Positions 43,601-52,927 of a stretch of 64,000 nt of DNA are shown here, piece after piece. Origin of the DNA: Corallochytrium limacisporum Hawaii (lineage: Eukaryota; Protista; Pluriformea); assembly GCA_002811645.1 (NCBI GenBank), contig PDIP01000008.1:16749-80748 (forward strand). Direction: 5' to 3'. Within the stretch, counting starts at the first letter, position 1. Each line of letters opens with the position of its first letter. A model generated the notes under the pieces. That model was not told the DNA's origin, searched no databases, and saw nothing but the letters and a program-made list of their open reading frames with translations. Made by a program: the position numbers and the translations under genes.

Positions 43601-46600
43601 ATGAGCACCACACAGTGTGGTCTGCAGGGCCTGGCACTCCCACCATATGAATTAGGGTCGTCCAGGTCACGCAAACAGACCTGTGATGTCAATTCTTGGC
43701 TCCATGCCACGCTCTTCTTCGAGCGGGTATTCCCTCGCTCATCGTTTCTCCGTTCATCAGCCATAATACTGAAAGGAGCCTGCTTGGGCCCCCTTTGACC
43801 TTCTTCCTGCCGTTCTTCATCAAATGCCTCGTCACTACTCTGAGTGCTTGAGTTCATCATGTGTAGTTGGCGATGTAGAAGAGCGTCCTGAAAAGTATGG
43901 TCATCGGCAGCGGTGCGGACACAGACCGTGGGGACAATTAGATCGTCAATGTCCATGTATGTCTCGGGCTCACCGTAGTTCAGAGTGTCTTCGTCCTCAC
44001 TGTCGAAGCGGACTTCGTCGACCTCGGCTTCTTCATGCTCAGGAATTTGGCAATAGCTATGTAAAAGCATCTTTTCCTTCTCTTGGATAGAGTCACGGTT
44101 CGCCCCATCACTCTCAGACCCAAATCCCGAGTCGTCGCGTACTAAAGTCAGCGAAGGGTTGTAGCAGTCCGATTCGCGGCGCACACTCAAGCGACGCTGT
44201 ACTGTGCGCACCGGATGGTGCCCGTTATCTGCGGTCGTAGCGCGGGCGATCTGTTTCTCCAGCTCCAGGAGCTGTTTGGTCGCCAACATCTTTTGATGAA
44301 GCTGTTTGAGCAAAATGAGTTGTTTTAGGTCCCTTTCTGGGTCCGTAGTGTGCTGCTGCATAACTGCCTGCAGTGGGCCCTCTGACAAACCCATGCCACG
44401 CAATTCAGCAACTAACATCTGTTTCTGCCCCTGTACCTCCATGTGCGTATATGTCAGTTCCTGAGACTCCGTAACTTTTCTGCCGTGTAAACCGTGGTGC
44501 TCATTATTCCGCCTAGCCTTGGCACGAATCAGAGTACGCTGGTGATAGATTTTAAATTCTTGACTGCTCCTATAGCGGTAGCCTCGATACATGGCCTGAA
44601 TCAGCGACGCGGCCTCGTGACGTTGGATGCGTCGCTGCTCAAGAATGTCGCAGATGTGCGGGTATCTGTGGACACGGCACTGACGACCCCGCCAGATTTT
44701 TTGAAACGCTGTTACGGCCAGTGTTTGCTGAACAAACAATTCGTATACCTGACGAGTGTGGTACCCGCGCCAGTACTTTTGGACAACTACAGCAGCACGC
44801 GGGCCATCACGTTCCCGACGTACGGAGCGGGCCACACGTCTAGCAACATGCACGCGCCAGGCGCATTGGATGCGCAGGGCAGCGTCCCACTGGTGTGTGG
44901 CATCAAGTATGACGCTGTAGTGCCTCCGCGCAATCGTAGCACGCCAGTGCTTTTGGAGGATCACCGTGGCCTCAGTCTTGACCCTCAGTGTGTGCAAGCG
45001 CTCTCTGATGATTGGACAGATTACCTTTCGGATCTTGTGGCCGTGCCAACAAGCTTGGATCTTGGACGCACATTCGTTCCGCATGGCGCGAGTCTCCCTA
45101 AGACTTTGCATAGCTCGTTCAAACTCCATACGAATAAGGAAACCACGAGAGTACGCCTGGAGCTCCCGACGTACTGCTTGGCGCTGAGCAACCATGGCCG
45201 CAATGCGGCGTAGGGCGCGAACTGTGCGCAAGCATTTTTTCCATCGATTGCGCGCAATGATGCGAACCATGTCATGGACCATAGCGCGGGCCTCTTCATC
45301 TGTAGCTTGCATGATTCGATCAAATTCAGTGAACTTGCCCGCACGGAAGAAGGCCATGGTCGTGCCCAGGTCATACTCTTCCGCCTTCAAACCTACATAC
45401 TCGCAGATGGATCTGCAGAAGGTGTTCTGGTCCATGGCGGCAAGAGCGGCTGGTAAATGTCCACCTACAAACTTTTGAAAGACAGTATACGGAATTCGGG
45501 TTGGGTAACCGGCCTGCAATAGAGAAACTGTCTGATAGAGACCAGAGTAGCGCAGCTGTTCGTGCACGAATGGGGCATCGAAGTGTCCGGTGAGGATGTT
45601 CATGTTCGGCTTTACGCAGCGAACGAAGGCCGTTTCAGTGGATTTGAGTTTATGCAGCAGAACGCGAAGCTGTCCGACAAAGCGAGTGCTTACGGTCGGG
45701 ACATGAGAGCGGTTGCGTGTGTTGGTACTACCAACAGCTGTACCTGATGCACTGGCTTTGACACTGTCACTCGAATCCACTGCCATGTGCTCAGCGTTGA
45801 CTGCCTCGGCGGCATCCATAATGCGTCCAATGAATTCCCACTTGGAGGTCTTGAGCATGTGCATGAGGTCCTCACTGACAGCATCATTGTTCTTTTTCAG
45901 AAAGCCGGTGGTGCTGTAGACCACGTCGCAAGCCTGGTGACGGATCATGAAACCTTGGTCGTCCGTAACCTCGCGACTCAGACGCTTCTGTTCTTTACTC
46001 ATGTTCTGCCCGTGAGCATAGGCAGTACGTGCCAATTGAAGTCGAGCTGTTCGGGCTTGCCTGTTTGAACCGTTGCAGTGATTCTTTATGACTTTTTGGG
46101 TGAAGACAACATCCGTACCACCCGGAAGACGACCCTCCTCTTCCAGCATGGCAAAGATTCCACTCACCGGAGTCTCTAGAATGGCAATGAGGTCGTCATT
46201 GCGCTCGTAGGAAATTCCCCGGTAGGCTAGGCCTTCACTTTGATACAATTTCTCTTCTTCCAGGAGTACCACATCGTTGTAGAAGGCCTGAAGCTTTTCG
46301 TTGGAGTAGTTGATACAGAGCTGCTCGAAACTGTTTTGTAGGAACGATTCAAAGCCAGCAACATCGAGAATCCCGATATAACAGTCGCCCGCAGTGTTGT
46401 TTTTGGTCAGATCCATTGTGCTCCCGGCACAAAGCTGGTTGACTTCGCTGAGAATCCAATCAAAGAGTGCAGTGTATAGACTTTTGGCCAGATTATCCCT
46501 CATTGCCTGGGCCTCCCCGATCTTCAGGTTCTTGGTGATGGTCTCGCCACTACGCTTGATCTCCTTGTGACAAAGGGCCTTGATAATGTCTTGATCTGTC

Positions 46601-47877
46601 AATTCAAGCCATCCAGCCAAGCGGCTTACGATCGGCTTGCAGTCGTTCAAGGGCAAAGTGCGATTGGATGAATTGGTGGTGAACTTGATGTTACCCAGAT
46701 GCAAAATTAGCGCAATCAGACGGAAGATGCAGGTGGCATCGTTATCACTAATGCCAGCACCTTTCATAGACTCAATGGTACATTGCAGCATGGCCTTGTC
46801 GTTCCTTTCCTTGATATCCCATTCACCGACACCGTAGTTGAGGTACGCATAGTCCTCGACCTTAGTGAGTCCCAGCATTTCCCGCAGGCCGCCCCCGGCA
46901 CCGCAGACGAGCTCGTAGAAAATGTGGTAGTTACGGTCAGTTTCAGGGGGGTTAGTGACACGACTCTTCTCTAGCAGGTAGTGGTTGATTCTGGCGCCGG
47001 CCATGTGCTTGTGTGTCTTGGCGTCGAAACGAAGCTCGACAAATTTGCCAAAGCGACTAGAATTGTGATTACGGACAGTCTTGGCGTTGCCGAAGGCCTC
47101 TATGAAAGGGTTGGCAGCTAGAATGCGTTGCTCAATCATTGCAGTTATGTCGCCCAAGCTGCCATTGTGTCCATCGTGTCCCACCATCGCAAGGTAGCGT
47201 ATCAGGAATTTTGTGTTCTCCGTCTTTCCAGATCCGGACTCGCCGCCTACGAGGATGCTTTGGCTTTTCCCGGATCGCAAACTGCGCAGCGTCTTGTCTG
47301 CCATTCCAAAAATGTGCGGCTCTACGGCGCCCAAACTCTTACCCTTGTACTCCTTTACCGTGTTTGGTCCATAAATATCAAGTTGCTGGCACGGATTGAC
47401 CGCAACAAGGATATGACTTACTAGGGTATAGTAGCGCTCTTTTCCAAACCGACAGCGCACGTTCTCTAGGACACTAACCTCTGAGAGTCCAGACATAGTA
47501 CAACAGTCCCGATAGTGAGCGTTGGGGTCCCGAGCGAGATTGGAGGGGCAGGAGTGCACTGCTTTTGCAGGAAAAACTTCCTCCAATGACTCGGTGAGAA
47601 GATCCGGTACGCTACCGTCCGAATTGATCACGCACTGAGCAGTGATGAACTCATCGGTCTCAGCCATGACCTGGGCAATACGGTAGGATCCCTCTGCTGC
47701 CCCCTTTCGATTGTCAGGAATGAAGGCGTAGCGGACTGTCTTCTTCATCATTAAATTCTGGTGTGATTGGGAGGTATAGTCCTTGTCCTGTTTCACGGAC
47801 CCTTGTTTTGTTGGAGATTGCTTTGCATTCCGCGCTTTCTCCTGCACAAGCTGCTGCTCATTCAAGAGGTCCCTCAT
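43573..47877 (-). CDS. Unconventional myosin, class VI-like motor with about 7 IQ motifs
   Basis: P-loop GESGSGKTE, NHNSSRFGKFVE, HYLLEKSR, ILDVAGFE and FVRCVKPN. Class VI-like strings include YKGKSLGAVEPH and FFRAGKFTEFDRIM...RWKK. The first ATG is at 47877 (the ORF track starts at GTG 47883). The true 3' end probably continues into 42999-43600. Confidence 0.93.
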   Translation of the reverse strand: MRDLLNEQQLVQEKARNAKQSPTKQGSVKQDKDYTSQSHQNLMMKKTVRYAFIPDNRKGAAEGSYRIAQVMAETDEFITAQCVINSDGSVPDLLTESLEEVFPAKAVHSCPSNLARDPNAHYRDCCTMSGLSEVSVLENVRCRFGKERYYTLVSHILVAVNPCQQLDIYGPNTVKEYKGKSLGAVEPHIFGMADKTLRSLRSGKSQSILVGGESGSGKTENTKFLIRYLAMVGHDGHNGSLGDITAMIEQRILAANPFIEAFGNAKTVRNHNSSRFGKFVELRFDAKTHKHMAGARINHYLLEKSRVTNPPETDRNYHIFYELVCGAGGGLREMLGLTKVEDYAYLNYGVGEWDIKERNDKAMLQCTIESMKGAGISDNDATCIFRLIALILHLGNIKFTTNSSNRTLPLNDCKPIVSRLAGWLELTDQDIIKALCHKEIKRSGETITKNLKIGEAQAMRDNLAKSLYTALFDWILSEVNQLCAGSTMDLTKNNTAGDCYIGILDVAGFESFLQNSFEQLCINYSNEKLQAFYNDVVLLEEEKLYQSEGLAYRGISYERNDDLIAILETPVSGIFAMLEEEGRLPGGTDVVFTQKVIKNHCNGSNRQARTARLQLARTAYAHGQNMSKEQKRLSREVTDDQGFMIRHQACDVVYSTTGFLKKNNDAVSEDLMHMLKTSKWEFIGRIMDAAEAVNAEHMAVDSSDSVKASASGTAVGSTNTRNRSHVPTVSTRFVGQLRVLLHKLKSTETAFVRCVKPNMNILTGHFDAPFVHEQLRYSGLYQTVSLLQAGYPTRIPYTVFQKFVGGHLPAALAAMDQNTFCRSICEYVGLKAEEYDLGTTMAFFRAGKFTEFDRIMQATDEEARAMVHDMVRIIARNRWKKCLRTVRALRRIAAMVAQRQAVRRELQAYSRGFLIRMEFERAMQSLRETRAMRNECASKIQACWHGHKIRKVICPIIRERLHTLRVKTEATVILQKHWRATIARRHYSVILDATHQWDAALRIQCAWRVHVARRVARSVRRERDGPRAAVVVQKYWRGYHTRQVYELFVQQTLAVTAFQKIWRGRQCRVHRYPHICDILEQRRIQRHEAASLIQAMYRGYRYRSSQEFKIYHQRTLIRAKARRNNEHHGLHGRKVTESQELTYTHMEVQGQKQMLVAELRGMGLSEGPLQAVMQQHTTDPERDLKQLILLKQLHQKMLATKQLLELEKQIARATTADNGHHPVRTVQRRLSVRRESDCYNPSLTLVRDDSGFGSESDGANRDSIQEKEKMLLHSYCQIPEHEEAEVDEVRFDSEDEDTLNYGEPETYMDIDDLIVPTVCVRTAADDHTFQDALLHRQLHMMNSSTQSSDEAFDEERQEEGQRGPKQAPFSIMADERRNDERGNTRSKKSVAWSQELTSQVCLRDLDDPNSYGGSARPCRPHCVVLISPLRKCNP

Positions 47878-49998
47878 ACCCACACGCTATAGTGACCGCC
47901 CAGAGTGGCGACCTTTGTGTTTGATGATTATGACCCTGGGTGATGTGGAAGCAAAGCTGTCTTCTGCTTACGCAAGATCATTCGCCCACTATGATGACTC
48001 AATGCCCCATTTTGATTACATTTTTGCTGGATAGTATATGCAATATTCCGAGCACAAGATCTGTTCCAGATAAGAGTCACTTTCCGTTGGTTTGTTCCCA
48101 ATACAGTCGAAGCAAAGGAGGATTAAAGTGGTTATCTAACGGATGTAAATTAGAGTTAATTTTGCAATCGTCGAGCACCGGGAAGATCATCTTCAAATAG
48201 TAAGCGACCAATTCATACTGTGGCTCGAGGTTTATCTATGACAGCTTTCACACTTGGACACCAACTTTCTACCTAGGTATTCCATGTGTATGAGAGTAGG
48301 ACTGGTAGGATACAAAGAATCAATGCTGAGGGTTGGTATTGTCCATTCTCAATATGATCAGTGACGTTTGTGCAATTGGAAGGCGAGAATACGAACTCCA
48401 CAAGGTCCTCGGTGCTACTCCTTTCCCCTCACGATTCTAGGGCAGTACGCGTGCTCACGCACTTGGTGTGTGGATCTTTCCTCAGTTCATTGAGCAAAAA
48501 TGTAGTGGGTCTGTCGAATAGATCTTAGGATGGTCATTGAAGCTTGACGGCTGGACTGCGAAAAAGCAAGGTGTTGCAAGGAGGGTGGAAGCGCGGAGCA
48601 GCAACGGCCGGCTACCTCTATCAGCGCTTTCAGAAGAGATGGATAGTGCCACAAAATCGTAGATTGTAGACGTGAGGTATTTCCTTCCTACATCATAGTA
48701 TACATCTCAGCTACTAAGCATTTGGGCTTTTGTGGGAGATTGTTGACAGCCAGGTGATGGCAAGATGAAGGGTTACGTGGATGATCAAGTACTCGTTTCG
48801 CCTTGCCTCCCTGTGCTACCCTTCGGTGCAGTTGCACCGCGGGGCTCCGTGGAGACGGCGCCGGTTTCCATAATGAATGTACAGTGGAGAACCCACACTG
48901 CCCTGTCCACTGTGGAGGTCCATGCAGTGGGCAGTAAACCTGCTGCACCCGCCGCTCCTACAGACATGCGGGCACGCAATCTCGCGTACATCTCTCTATA
49001 CATACATTCTAAAATTCGCTACCGTAGACAGGTTGACATGTCGTAGACGGGTTGATATGCTCTAGATCGCGATATTCAGCCCTGTGGTCGCTATAGTCAG
49101 CCCTGTGGCTTTTAGTTTTAGCACTGTGGGTTGTCCTGGTGTGAGGTAGCGGCGTGCAGCACCCGTCACCATCCAGGAGCACACATACATCGGAACATGA
49201 AGTGAAGGGGATTCATGACTCGTTGAATAAAAACTCAAGGAAAGAAACTCTCAGAGCATTTGCAGTCTCTAAGACTGCTTCCCGCCGTTCATCTTCAGGG
49301 AGGTGTGTGTGTTGGTGTTCACGTCAACCTAGGCGCTGCTGTTCTCTTTTATTGGCCACGCCGCATTTTCGGGTCCCCTAAGGGTCACCATCGATTCCAC
49401 CGCGAGGTCTCGAAACGCCTTCCCCCCCCCCCCAGCGGGCCTTAGTTTTTCAACCACATTACCCAAGTTGCAAACACTGCAAAATTAGCACTCTGTTCTT
49501 TCCCCGGTGGCCTTCCCCCCCTTTTTACCCGTGGAGGATTGCAGGGTCAGTTGCCATGGAGGGGTCCTTGTACGGAGGTCGGAGGGTTTGTGAATTGGAA
49601 TCGAAGTGAATTGGAAGGGCATATCTCATGACTTCGTCCGCCGCGAGGAGTAGATCCCCTTTTGTTGTCTGCGAGCTATTGTCCTGAACCGAATAGTGAG
49701 ATATGCACATGCACGTGAATGACCTTGGCGAGTCGTTCAGTCTGCACTATCGCAGAAGAGGGTTTCTGTAGACGTGCGCGCGCTATGGCTCTTGTGACTT
49801 TCAGGCATGCCACAGAGATCCCTTGCAGGTTGCGCCTCTTAGTATTGTGCATGTTAGCGTGCACTTTCGAAACAGCTTTTACGGCAAACGCATCATTCAC
49901 CTCAAACATAAAATTTAAAATAGTCCGTATAAGTACGCGAACCACAGTTCACGGAGGACAAGGGCTAAGAAAACGTTGGATACAAGTTTACGTCGTTT

Positions 49999-50957
49999 CT
50001 AATATTCTAAGGATCTATGAAGGTGAGTGGGGTTGGATTTGGGTAGATGGAAAGAACCATGGCTAGAACTCCATGGCCCGTCATCCCAAAACCAGGCGTT
50101 AGCGGCCTGGTTTACCGTGTACCCGTTCCCGCAATTGCAATTTGGCAGCCAGTCCCTTTGCAGTTTTCGTTCATTTACTCTGCAACAGCAGCAGCACCTT
50201 CAGCTCCCTCTTCAGTTTCCGGGATCTCAAAGCCATCCTCGGTTTCGTACAGAATCTGAAGGATCTCCTGCACAATGTGGTTACCTTCCAATTCTGGACT
50301 CTGGGCAAGGATCTCGATCTTACGCAACTTGCCAAAGTAGAAATCACGCTCTTTCTCCAGGCCTTCGACAGTGATCTGCATCTCCGACATCTGGTTGGTC
50401 ATTTCCGCAAGCTGAGCCTCAGCCATGCCATTGTTCGATCGAGAGGAGGCACCGGAGCCAGTCTTGCGAACACCTGGCCCGGACCGTGCATTGCCGCGAG
50501 ACGCACCCTGTCTGGAACGATTCACGCTGGAGTTGGAACTGGAACCGAAGGGGGCCTTTTGAGGGGTACATTCACCCTCTGTGCCATAGTTGACCTCCCA
50601 AAATTTCCGGAACCACTGCAGAAATTCCAAGTTATCCTGGAACTTCTTCTTCACAAGTCGCTCGATGGCGACGTCCTTGTCGACTTTCTGCTTCATGAGA
50701 CCAGTTTGGAAGAGTTTAAAGTTGTTGATAAAGTCAATCTCGCTCTTAGCATCCATCTTCACGCGCTTCATAGGAACCGTACCCGGAAACATGATCTCCA
50801 GCATCTGACAGTAGGCAGCTCCGCTCGCCAGATCTTCCACCTTGCCATAGTTTCCACCGACTGTGTTGTTAATCCACGCAAGAAGCTCGTGACGCGACAT
50901 GGTCACCGAGACATTTTGCGTGGTGTAGACATTTTGGGCCATTACTGCGGTCGGCAT
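49999..50957 (-). CDS. MAPRE1: EB1/MAPRE microtubule plus-end tracking protein (exon 50957-50179, predicted intron 50178-50015, terminal exon 50014-49999)
   Basis: CH domain (MSRHELLAWIN, FQDNLEFLQWF) and EBH domain (GLEKERDFYFGKLRKIE, ILYETEDGF). The unspliced stop is at 50175; the spliced form ends VAESLEY. Confidence 0.95.
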
Positions 50958-52033
50958 GGTTACTCTTTATTTCGTACCCTGAAGGAATAAGTATCCAGGT
51001 ATTTGAACCTAGATGAACTTCCCGGCAAAAAAAAAACAGAAAATAGAAATCCAAGTTAAGGAACTAGAGAACCATATAAACACCGATGCAGCTGTGCAGT
51101 GTGTGGTAGCTTAAATACCGAACCCTTTGTGAGAATTGTCACGGCTATTTCGCACTCCTCAACACCGACACATCTCTTCACAAATGAACTCTTTGAAACG
51201 GTCACAGCAGAAGCCGTTCCTAAACGACCTCTTCGTACAGTATACAATAGCCAGTGCCAGCTGCCAAGAGGGCGTCCGTCAGTGGCAGACCCGACAGGGG
51301 TCACCTTTTCTATACTGAATGGCCCGGCCACGGGAAATACGCGCCAAAAAACCATTTCGCCGTCCTGACACCCTCCCACCCGTACTCACCCACTCCACTA
51401 CTAAAATACTGGAGAGTTCGCGCTCTCACTATCGCGCAACACCCAGCGAACCAACCAAAACCCGCGGGGTGGTGGCTGTAGATGTCCTGACGGTATAGTC
51501 AATGAACCAAGTGGAACTCCGCATTGGGTGTGAAGGAACGCGGGTTGCCGCGATAAGACCTGAAGACGGGTCCGGGACCGTAGGCGAAGACTGCAAGCTG
51601 GTTCACGGGCTCCACACTTTGGGCACTGATGAAGGAAACCTGTTGGTGAATGCCAGTATGTACATGTATATTTTCATGTTGAGACACCGGCCAAGTACCG
51701 TTATCAATTCGACGCAGCACGTAACATGTGTCACACTCATCGTCTCCCAGAGATGATCATCCTTTCCCCGGAAGGAGAAAACCTTTCGGCCTCCTTTTCC
51801 ATCGTTCCGAGAAATCCATGGCAGAAGTGGAGATCGCTTATCTCTGCAATGTGTGCACACCCACCACTGACCCACTTCAGACAGCAAAATTACAACAAAC
51901 GTAGTGGGCACTCTAAGGATAGGCACCTGATCTTGACGACATAAAAATAGCATACACATTTAATTACATTTAGACAGATGCTCAAGGGTTGTCTTTAGTG
52001 ATCGGTGTCCTTGACGTTCCATGCCGGTTTCCA

Positions 52034-52927
52034 TCACGCGCCTGCTGGCCTCATTGTCCACCATCCATGTACATCATTCTGTTTGGTGTATCCGAGTTTG
52101 GAGAAGAGACCTTCAGATGCTGCATTCCCATCCACAATGTAGCAGAATGGTACCACTCCAAGGTCCATCATCGCCTTCATGGTGTATTGGATGGCGATGG
52201 CAGCGTATCCTTTGCGACGGTGCTCCGACAAACACTTCACCATGCCCAGTGCATAATATGGCATGCAGATACACCATGCAACCGGAGACTCTGTATCATT
52301 TTCTGATAGAAATACGCCAAAAGCTGGAAAAGTGCTCAGGATGTCATGCACAAATTGTGCTGTCTGTTGGGATCCGAATTCCCATAACCTGTTTACCAGA
52401 GGTGCGTGGATTGGTCGCAACCGCATGACGTACACCCCTGCCGGCAGGGGCGGTAGTTCGAGGGTCTCTTTAGGGTAATACCAACAGCTGCATGCATTTT
52501 CGAGCACAAGGTGCATACCAAAGTGGTTTTCAGCTCCCATTTCCCAAACAGGTATGTGGCCAAGAAGGTAGCCACCGAGTAGGTACGTCTTACCCTTTTC
52601 CGGGACTGTTTTGAACTCATTCCACGGAATGACCGTGTCTACGGGTAGCGAATCGATAGCCGGATGTAACGCAAAGCTTAGATGTGGATTCATTTTATCA
52701 GCGCCGTTGGTCTCAACATCCTGTCCGAGCAGTTCCCGGCTGCTGGCAACGTAGGCGGTGACGTTGCCGTCCATTATCTCACACCGGTACACATACCACG
52801 GCCACTTGCCGGTAGCCGTAGCTCTCACGATTCCATTTAGCTTCGCATACCTAAGATTGAACTTTCTAGATTCCAACTGCCCCAAAAGGACCGCAAGCGC
52901 CTCTGTGTCTAATCTCTCCCAAGGCAT
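52034..52927 (-). CDS. GNAT-family acyltransferase (glycine N-acyltransferase/FR47-like)
   Basis: C-terminal GNAT motifs PVAWC, EHRRKGYA (acetyl-CoA motif A) and FCYIVDGNAASEGLFSKLGY. Confidence 0.85.
   Translation of the reverse strand: MPWERLDTEALAVLLGQLESRKFNLRYAKLNGIVRATATGKWPWYVYRCEIMDGNVTAYVASSRELLGQDVETNGADKMNPHLSFALHPAIDSLPVDTVIPWNEFKTVPEKGKTYLLGGYLLGHIPVWEMGAENHFGMHLVLENACSCWYYPKETLELPPLPAGVYVMRLRPIHAPLVNRLWEFGSQQTAQFVHDILSTFPAFGVFLSENDTESPVAWCICMPYYALGMVKCLSEHRRKGYAAIAIQYTMKAMMDLGVVPFCYIVDGNAASEGLFSKLGYTKQNDVHGWWTMRPAGA

Noticed and set aside
34346-50177. Stop-codon reassignment as an explanation for the truncated H2A and EB1 tails and the myosin break
   Set aside because: Readthrough does not give SQEY or EEY, and TAA, TAG and TGA all end other genes at expected positions. 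Splicing explains EB1 and probably the myosin.
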